Below, piece by piece: positions 19,723 through 27,101 of a stretch of DNA of 64,000 nucleotides. The translations under genes and the position numbers were made by a program. The DNA is taken from assembly GCA_048268245.1 (NCBI GenBank), contig JBLWVX010000007.1, forward strand, positions 1 to 64,000. Direction: 5' to 3'. Below the pieces are notes generated by a model. The model was given only the letters and a program-made list of their open reading frames with translations. It did not search any database and was not told the DNA's origin. The DNA is from Arcobacteraceae bacterium (GTDB lineage: Bacteria > Campylobacterota > Campylobacteria > Campylobacterales > Arcobacteraceae). Each line of letters opens with the position of its first letter. The first letter of the stretch is position 1.

Positions 19723-22242
19723 ATGAGTTCAAATATCAAAATTGAAATACCTGAATTTTTAAATATCGGTGTTGCTTGTACTTCTGCTCACGTAGGAACA
19801 ACAAAAGAAAACAGCACTGCTATGATTATCGAAGATGATAAGTTAGGTACTGATGAAATTTCATATAAAGATTTAGCACAAAAATCTGACCAAATTTGTA
19901 ACTTCTTACAAGGTTTAGGTTTTGAAGCTAGAGATAGAGTACTAGTTTGTTTAAAGAATTCACTTGCATACCCTATTTCTTTCTTTGGTGCTATTAAAGC
20001 AGGAATTATTGCAGTTCCAACTTCAACTTTATTATCAGGTTCTGAAGTAAAATATCTTGCAGAAGATTCACAAGCAAGGGCTATTGTATTAAGTGCAACT
20101 ATGTATGAAAATTTAACTCCATACTTAGAAAACTTAGATAACCTAAAAACAATTATTGTTGCAGGTATTGATAGTGTTTCTGAGTTAAAAGTACCAAAAG
20201 GAATGAATGTTTACGCTTTAACTGAAATTTTAGAGCAAACAGATACAACTCCTAATCACTATAAGTCAAAATCTGGTGAGCCAGCTTACTTAGTATATAC
20301 ATCAGGTACAACTGGTTATCCAAAGGGTGTTTTACACTCTCATAGATCACTTGTAGGTAGAACTCCTGCAACTGAATACTGGTTTGATTTTAAAGAGAAT
20401 GATAGAATCATGCACTCTGGTAAATTTAACTGGACTTATGTATTAGGTTCTGCTTTAATGGATCCATTATTTAATGGTCATACAGTAATTGCATATGAAG
20501 GTGCAAATGAAGCTGGAACATGGATTGATTTAATTAAAAAACATAAATGTACTATCTTTATTGGAGTACCTACAATTTATAGACAAATCATTCAAAAGAC
20601 TGATTTCACAGCTGAAGATTGTCCATCATTAAGATATTGTATGTCTGCTGGTGAGCACTTATCTGATGAGATGATTGGTCTTTGGAGAGAAAGATTTAAA
20701 CAAGATATTTTTGAAGCTATTGGTATGTCTGAGTGTTCATACTATATTTCACACTCTAAGAATAACCCAATTAGACCTGGTTCTGCTGGATTCGTTCAAC
20801 CTGGACATACAGTAAAACTACTTGATCCTGATACTTTAGAAGAAGTAGAAGATGGAACTGAAGGTATGATTTGTATTGGTGAAGATGATCCAGGATTATT
20901 CTTAGAGTACTGGCAACTAGAAGAAGAGACTAGAAAAGCTAGACATAATGGATGGTTCTTTACTGGTGATTATGCTAAGAAAGATGAAGATGGATACATC
21001 TGGTTCATTGGTAGAAAAGATGATATTATCAATACTATGGGATTCAGAGTATCTCCACACGAGATTGAAAGAGTTGTAAAAACTAATAACGATGTAGCTG
21101 ATTGTGTTGCATTTGGTTTAGATATTGCCAAAGATAAAACACTTGTTGCAATTGCAGTAATTGGACATGATACTTTATCAGAAGAAAAAGAAGCTGAAAT
21201 TTTAAAATTTGCTCAAGATAATCTAGCTAAATATAAAGCACCTAAGTTTATTTTTGGACTAAGTGATTACCCAAGAACTAAAAATGGTAAAGTTTTAAGA
21301 AAACAATTAGTTAAAAACTTACATGATCAATACCATGCAAAAGAAACAGGTGAAGAGATTGTTGAGTACAAAGCTAGAAGATCTATGTTATTTGTACCTT
21401 CTTATAATAAACATAATGTTGAAAAAGCAAAATCTGTATTAGCAGATACTGTTATTTTTGACTTAGAAGCTATCTTACCTGAGCAAAGAGAAGCAGGAAG
21501 AGAAACAATTAGAACTGTTTACAAAGAGCAAGGTTGTAAGTTTGGTGAGTCTGAGAGAGTTCTTAGAATTAACAACTTAGGATCTGAAGATATTGCAAAA
21601 GATTTAGAATTAGCAAAAGAAGTTGAACTAGATGCTTTACTATTCTCAAAAATTGAAACAGCCGAGCAAGTAAACGAAGCTGTTAAATTAATTGAAGAAA
21701 TAAATCCTAATTTAACACTTATGATTATGATTGAAACTCCATTATCTGTACTAAATATCCAAGAAATTTGTGCAGCTAGTCCAAAAGTTGCAGTTGTAGT
21801 TGCAGGTTCAAATAAATTAGCTAATAGACTTCAAATTGATATTAAAAAAGGTTCTAAAGCAATGTTTAATTACCTATCGCAAATTGCACTTGCTGCAAAA
21901 GCATACGGTAAGATTGTTATTGATGGTCCTCATTTTGATGTACATGATGAGTTTGCTTGTGAAGATTCAACTAAAGATGCATTTAACTTAGGATTTGATG
22001 GTAAATCATTAATTCACCCAATCCAAATTGAGTACATCAATGATATCTTTACTCCAAAACAAAAAGAAGTTGAAAACTATGAAGCTATGATTGCATCATA
22101 TGAAGAAGCTAAAAAAGAAGGTAAAGAAGTAATCTTACACAACAATAAACTTGTTGATGGTGCTAGAATTAAATGGGCTAGAAAAATGATTGCTTTATAT
22201 GAAACATATAAATCATTAGGTCAAAACCTATTTGGTAAATAA
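19723..22242 (+). CDS. Acyl-CoA ligase (AMP-forming) fused to a C-terminal CitE-family domain
   Basis: YTSGTTGYPKG, EAIGMSE, TGD, GRKDD, PRTKNGK; from about 21370 RRSMLFVP, LRINN, IETP, GFDGKSLIHPIQI. Confidence 0.9.
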   Translation: MSSNIKIEIPEFLNIGVACTSAHVGTTKENSTAMIIEDDKLGTDEISYKDLAQKSDQICNFLQGLGFEARDRVLVCLKNSLAYPISFFGAIKAGIIAVPTSTLLSGSEVKYLAEDSQARAIVLSATMYENLTPYLENLDNLKTIIVAGIDSVSELKVPKGMNVYALTEILEQTDTTPNHYKSKSGEPAYLVYTSGTTGYPKGVLHSHRSLVGRTPATEYWFDFKENDRIMHSGKFNWTYVLGSALMDPLFNGHTVIAYEGANEAGTWIDLIKKHKCTIFIGVPTIYRQIIQKTDFTAEDCPSLRYCMSAGEHLSDEMIGLWRERFKQDIFEAIGMSECSYYISHSKNNPIRPGSAGFVQPGHTVKLLDPDTLEEVEDGTEGMICIGEDDPGLFLEYWQLEEETRKARHNGWFFTGDYAKKDEDGYIWFIGRKDDIINTMGFRVSPHEIERVVKTNNDVADCVAFGLDIAKDKTLVAIAVIGHDTLSEEKEAEILKFAQDNLAKYKAPKFIFGLSDYPRTKNGKVLRKQLVKNLHDQYHAKETGEEIVEYKARRSMLFVPSYNKHNVEKAKSVLADTVIFDLEAILPEQREAGRETIRTVYKEQGCKFGESERVLRINNLGSEDIAKDLELAKEVELDALLFSKIETAEQVNEAVKLIEEINPNLTLMIMIETPLSVLNIQEICAASPKVAVVVAGSNKLANRLQIDIKKGSKAMFNYLSQIALAAKAYGKIVIDGPHFDVHDEFACEDSTKDAFNLGFDGKSLIHPIQIEYINDIFTPKQKEVENYEAMIASYEEAKKEGKEVILHNNKLVDGARIKWARKMIALYETYKSLGQNLFGK

Positions 22243-22252
22243 GGAGAACTAA

Positions 22253-23311
22253 GTGTCTAAAATTAACGTTGGAAACTTTTTCGAAGACTTTTCAATTGGT
22301 CAAAAAATAGTACACCCACTTCCAAGAACAGTAAGTGAAGGTGATGTATCTTTATACATTGCTTTTACTGGTTCTAGATTTGCATTACATTCATCTGATG
22401 TAGTTGCTCAAGAAATGGGATATGAAAAAAGACCTATTGACGATACATTAAACTTCCACTTAACATTTGGTAAGTCGGTACAAGATATTTCGTTAAATGC
22501 TATTGCTAACTTAGGTTATGCAGAGATTTCTTTCCCTAATCCTGTTTACATTGGGGACACTGTTTCAATGACTTCAACTGTTATTGGATTAAAAGAGAAC
22601 TCAAATGGTAAATCTGGAGTTGTTTATGTTCACTCTATTGGTGTAAACCAAAAAGGTGAGGAAGTATTAAACTTCAAAAGATGGGTAATGGTTCACAAAA
22701 AGGACAAGACTACAACAACAGGAATTAAAGAGATTCCTACTTTTGCTGAGTCTACTCCAATTCTAGATGAAATCAATATACCAGAAATCAAATGTGTTGA
22801 TACTAACGCATCTGGTGGAAAGTTTTTCTTTGAAGATTATGAAAAAGGTGAAAGATTAAATCACCCAGAAGGTATTACAATTGATAACAGTGATCATACT
22901 TTAGCAACTAAGTTATACCAAAACAATGCAAAAGTACACTTCAATGACCATATGATGAAATCTACTCCTATGGGAGAGAGATTAATGTATGGGGGAATTG
23001 TAATATCAATGGCCAGAGCTATTTCATTTAATGGTTTACAAAATGCACAATGGATGTATGCTATTAACTCTGGTGCTCATGCAAACCCAACTTATGCTGG
23101 TGATACTATCTATGCTTACACAGAAGTTTTAGATACTATTGATCATAAGAGAGATGATATTGGATTATTAAGATTAAGAACAATTGCCCTTAAAAATCAA
23201 AAATCTGATGAAATTGAGTCACCAAAAGGTGAAGATGGTAAGTACTTAAAGAATGTAGTACTTGATTTAGATTACACGGTAATCATTCCAAAGAAAAAAA
23301 CACAAAAATAA
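22253..23311 (+). CDS. mch: Double hot-dog (MaoC) hydratase resembling mesaconyl-C1-CoA hydratase (beta-methylmalyl-CoA dehydratase)
   Basis: GNFFEDF..PRTVSEGD..FGKSVQDISLNAIANLGY..GVVYVHSIG..RWVMV and a second domain FFEDY..YQNNAKVHF..SFNGL. These match Mch of Chloroflexus/Rhodobacter as I recall the sequences. Confidence 0.82.
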   Translation: MSKINVGNFFEDFSIGQKIVHPLPRTVSEGDVSLYIAFTGSRFALHSSDVVAQEMGYEKRPIDDTLNFHLTFGKSVQDISLNAIANLGYAEISFPNPVYIGDTVSMTSTVIGLKENSNGKSGVVYVHSIGVNQKGEEVLNFKRWVMVHKKDKTTTTGIKEIPTFAESTPILDEINIPEIKCVDTNASGGKFFFEDYEKGERLNHPEGITIDNSDHTLATKLYQNNAKVHFNDHMMKSTPMGERLMYGGIVISMARAISFNGLQNAQWMYAINSGAHANPTYAGDTIYAYTEVLDTIDHKRDDIGLLRLRTIALKNQKSDEIESPKGEDGKYLKNVVLDLDYTVIIPKKKTQK

Positions 23312-23341
23312 ATTTAATTTTAAAAAAGGAAGGAAATTATA

Positions 23342-24325
23342 ATGACACACCCAAACGAAGCACTATTTGAATCTGGTAAATCTTTACCAATTATCCCAAC
23401 TTGTGAGCACTTTGCAGGAAGTGAAAAGCTTATCAAAAAAGGTTTTGATATGCAAAGAAAGCTTGGACCTGTTTTCGATATTACTTGTGATTGTGAAGAT
23501 GGAGCAGAAACTGGTAAAGAAGTTGAGCATGCAGAAATGATCGTTAGAGTTGTTAACTCTGAAGATAACCCATATGGAATGGCTGGTACAAGAATCCACG
23601 ATTTCTCTCATCCAGATTGGAGACAAGATGTTGATATTTTAGTTCCTGGTGCTGGTGAAAAACTAGCATACATTACATTACCAAAATCAACTTCTTACGA
23701 AGATGTAAAAACTCAAATTGAGTACATCCAAGAAGTAGCAAAAAAATCTGGTATTTCAAGAGAGATTCCAATTCATATCTTAATTGAAACTCATGGTGCT
23801 TTACAAGATGTAGAAAAAATCGCTACATTACCATGGTTACAAGTATTAGACTTTGGATTAATGGACTTCGTATCAGGATACCAAGGTGCAATTCCAGCAA
23901 TTAACATGAGAAGCCCAGGTCAATTTGATCACAGATTAATTGGAGCTGCTAAAGCAAAAGTTGCACAAGCTGCAATCCAAAATCATGTTATTCCAGCACA
24001 CAACGTAACACTTGATCTTAAAAACCCATACCAAACTTACAAAGATGCAGAAAGAGCAAGAAACGAGTTTGGATTCATGAGAATGTGGTCAATTTACCCA
24101 ACACAAGTACAAGCAATCGTTGATGCTATGAAACCAGACTTCACTGAGTTAGAAGCTGCACAAAATATTCTTTTAGCTGCACAAGATGCTGAGTGGGGAC
24201 CAATCCAATATGATGGTGAGTTACACGATAGAGCTACTTACAGATATTTCTGGGAATTAGTACAAAGAGCTCACTTCTCTGGTGCTAAATTAATGGAAGA
24301 AGTTAATACAAGATTCTTCTCTTAA
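23342..24325 (+). CDS. CitE/HpcH-family CoA-ester lyase
   Basis: CEHFAGSEK, FDITCDCEDGA, LIETHG, FGLMDFVS, MWSIYPTQV, LHDRATYRY. Confidence 0.85.
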   Translation: MTHPNEALFESGKSLPIIPTCEHFAGSEKLIKKGFDMQRKLGPVFDITCDCEDGAETGKEVEHAEMIVRVVNSEDNPYGMAGTRIHDFSHPDWRQDVDILVPGAGEKLAYITLPKSTSYEDVKTQIEYIQEVAKKSGISREIPIHILIETHGALQDVEKIATLPWLQVLDFGLMDFVSGYQGAIPAINMRSPGQFDHRLIGAAKAKVAQAAIQNHVIPAHNVTLDLKNPYQTYKDAERARNEFGFMRMWSIYPTQVQAIVDAMKPDFTELEAAQNILLAAQDAEWGPIQYDGELHDRATYRYFWELVQRAHFSGAKLMEEVNTRFFS

Positions 24326-24331
24326 TAACAA

Positions 24332-24357
24332 TAATCTAAGGCTTTTGCCTTAGATTA
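24332..24357 (+). terminator. Intrinsic terminator closing the four-gene operon
   Basis: TAATCTAAGGC-TTTT-GCCTTAGATTA perfect 11-bp stem. Confidence 0.8.
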
Positions 24358-24560
24358 ACTTCTTATAAATTACTTAATTTTTTTTCTTATAAAACAAACC
24401 TTTTTTTTACTTAATAATCTTTAGTTAAAATATCAATTATTTATATAGCTGTTAAGAGTTAACACTTTTTTAAAATAAAATTGTTAAGATTTTATGAAAA
24501 AAGATTTTTTTCATAATTACATAGGTATAATATTTACAATTTCTAAAGAAAAGGGAACAA

Positions 24561-26051
24561 ATGAGCGTTATTACAGAACAAGATATTATTGATAGTGTTG
24601 CAGGAGCATGTCAATACATTTCATATTATCACCCAACTGATTTCGTAGAAGGAATGGTTGAGGCTTATGAAAAAGAACAATCTGAATCAGCAAAGAATGC
24701 TATCGGACAAATTTTAATTAACTCAAAAATGTGTGCAATGGGTCACAGACCTTTATGTCAAGATACTGGATCAATCAACATTTTTGTAAAAGTTGGTTTA
24801 AATGCTAAACTTGATATTTCGAGAGAATTAGAAGATATTTTAAATGATGGTGTAGCTAAAGGCTATACTGATCCAGATAATACTTTAAGATTTTCAGTAG
24901 TTTCTGACCCAGCAGGTGAGAGAAAAAATACTAAAAATAATACACCAGCAGTTATTCACATGAGTGTAGATAACTCTGATAAAATTGATATTACAGTAGC
25001 TGCTAAAGGTGGTGGTTCTGAGAACAAATCTAAATTTGCAGTATTAAATCCATCTGATTCAATCTATGACTGGGTTATGGATAATGTAAGACAAATGGGT
25101 GCAGGATGGTGTCCTCCTGGTATCTTAGGAATTGGAATTGGTGGAAATCCAGAAAAAGCTATGTTATTAGCTAAAGAATCATTAATGGATCACGTTGACA
25201 TTCATGAATTAAAAGCTAGAGGTCCTCAAAATGCTCTTGAAGAGTTAAGACTTAAACTTTATGAAGACATTAACAAAATAGGAATTGGAGCACAAGGTTT
25301 AGGTGGTGTTACTACTGTTTTAGATGTTAAAATCTTAGACTATCCATGTCACGCTGCTTCTTTACCAGTTGCTATGATTCCAAACTGTGCTGCTACTAGA
25401 CATATTCACTTTGAATTAGATGGTAATGGTGCTGCTAAATTTGAAAAGCCTGATTTAGATATCTGGCCTGATTTAGAAATTCCAATGGATACAGTAAAAA
25501 AAGTAAATATTGAAGATTTAACAAAAGAGAATTTATCTCAATTTAAATCAGGTGATACTCTATTATTATCTGGAAAAATCTTAACAGCAAGAGATGCTGC
25601 ACATAAGAAAATCGTTGAGTACAAAAATGCTGGTAAACCACTTCCAAATGGTGTTGAATTAAAAGATAGATTTATCTATTATGTTGGACCAGTTGATCCA
25701 GTAAGAGATGAAAAAGTAGGACCAGCAGGACCAACTACATCTACAAGAATGGATAAATTTACTAAAGACATGATGGAAATTGGTATCATGGGTATGATTG
25801 GTAAAGCTGAAAGAAAACAACCAACTATTGATTTAATTAAAGAGTATAAATCTACTTATTTAATTGCAACTGGTGGTGCAGCTTACTTAATTTCTCAATC
25901 AATTAAAGATGCTAAAGTTGTAGCATTTGAAGAACTTGGTATGGAAGCTATTTACGAATTTGAAGTAAAAGACATGCCTGTTACTGTTGCGGTCGACACT
26001 GAGGGTGTATCTATTCACACTACAGGTCCTGCAAAATGGAGAACTATTTAA
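24561..26051 (+). CDS. fumA: Class I (Fe-S) fumarate hydratase
   Basis: RPLCQDTG, KGGGSEN, GWCPP, GPTTSTRMD, IGKAER. Confidence 0.93.
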   Translation: MSVITEQDIIDSVAGACQYISYYHPTDFVEGMVEAYEKEQSESAKNAIGQILINSKMCAMGHRPLCQDTGSINIFVKVGLNAKLDISRELEDILNDGVAKGYTDPDNTLRFSVVSDPAGERKNTKNNTPAVIHMSVDNSDKIDITVAAKGGGSENKSKFAVLNPSDSIYDWVMDNVRQMGAGWCPPGILGIGIGGNPEKAMLLAKESLMDHVDIHELKARGPQNALEELRLKLYEDINKIGIGAQGLGGVTTVLDVKILDYPCHAASLPVAMIPNCAATRHIHFELDGNGAAKFEKPDLDIWPDLEIPMDTVKKVNIEDLTKENLSQFKSGDTLLLSGKILTARDAAHKKIVEYKNAGKPLPNGVELKDRFIYYVGPVDPVRDEKVGPAGPTTSTRMDKFTKDMMEIGIMGMIGKAERKQPTIDLIKEYKSTYLIATGGAAYLISQSIKDAKVVAFEELGMEAIYEFEVKDMPVTVAVDTEGVSIHTTGPAKWRTI

Positions 26052-26079
26052 TTACAAAGGCTTTTGCCTTTGTAATTAA
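26048..26079 (+). terminator. Intrinsic terminator after the fumarase gene
   Basis: TTAATTACAAAGGC-TTTT-GCCTTTGTAATTAA 14-bp stem. Confidence 0.8.
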
Positions 26080-26234
26080 CACTTCTTTTTTCTAACCTTT
26101 TTGAAATAATACTCCCTCCTAAAATAATCCTTATACAAAAAAACTAAGTTTTAACTTTGACTTTAAGAAGATAGATTTATGCTATATTCTTATTCAACAA
26201 AAAAAGATTGATATATTTTATAGGAAAACTCAAT

Positions 26235-27071
26235 ATGTTATTAGACGATTTAAAAGATTATTTAGGATTTGCTGTTGCTGGAAATTTTGCTAACCACTTA
26301 GGAGAAGCTGGAGAAGCTGATGAGTTTTCAGTTATTAAAACACAAGAAAAAGATGCTCCAAAAGGAATGTTTCCCTTTTATATTAAAGGTCATGATTCAT
26401 TTTTAGGAACTTACCCTATTTGTGATGAGATTATTTATACACATGGAAGAGAAAAAGACAACTTACAAGTAGAAGCTGAAGTTGCACTTATTTGTGATTT
26501 TGTTTATGAAGATGGAAAAGTTAAAGATATTATTCCTAAATACTTCTCTGCTTTTAATGATTGTTCTATTAGAATTCAAGATGGAAATAAACTAAGTACA
26601 AAGAAGAACTGGGGAGAAAATACAAAAGGTATTTCTCAAGATATTATTGAAATAGACAATTTTACAGAAGATGGAATACTAAATAGATACCATATTGCTT
26701 CATTTATAAAAAGAGATGGTATTGTACATGACTATGGTACTACTAGTGCTGTAAAATCATATAGTTACTTCTTTGAACAATTGAAAGATTGGATGATAGA
26801 TAAACTAAATACACAAGAAGATTGTGGACCACTTGAAGAATTAACTCAATTCTTAGATGTTGCAGCTAAAGACGCAAAAGGTATCTTAATAGCAGCAGGA
26901 GCTACAGCATATGCTGACTTTGGAAAGAAAAACTTTTTAGAAAAAGGTGATGAAATTTTTGTTTATGTATATGATGCTCACTTCCATTCATTTGATGATA
27001 TCTACAATGATATGTGTGGAATGGATACTTTCTTAAGTCAATGTTCTAAGCTTCATCAAGTTGTACAATAA
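26235..27071 (+). CDS. Conserved protein (DUF5718-like) with fumarylacetoacetate-hydrolase-like motifs
   Basis: AGNFANH, EAEVAL, FNDCSIR, KKNW; AGGA RBS before ATG at 26235. Confidence 0.7.
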   Translation: MLLDDLKDYLGFAVAGNFANHLGEAGEADEFSVIKTQEKDAPKGMFPFYIKGHDSFLGTYPICDEIIYTHGREKDNLQVEAEVALICDFVYEDGKVKDIIPKYFSAFNDCSIRIQDGNKLSTKKNWGENTKGISQDIIEIDNFTEDGILNRYHIASFIKRDGIVHDYGTTSAVKSYSYFFEQLKDWMIDKLNTQEDCGPLEELTQFLDVAAKDAKGILIAAGATAYADFGKKNFLEKGDEIFVYVYDAHFHSFDDIYNDMCGMDTFLSQCSKLHQVVQ

Positions 27072-27101
27072 AGTATAAAAGGGATTAATCCTTTTATACT
27101 T
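27071..27101. terminator. Bidirectional terminator between convergent genes
   Basis: AAGTATAAAAGG...CCTTTTATACTT inverted repeat. Confidence 0.7.

Noticed and set aside
18578..24325. Classical citrate lyase or ATP-citrate lyase (rTCA) interpretation of the CitE genes
   Set aside because: No citD, citF, citC or aclAB here; the Mch-like hydratase points to C5-dicarboxylyl-CoA chemistry.
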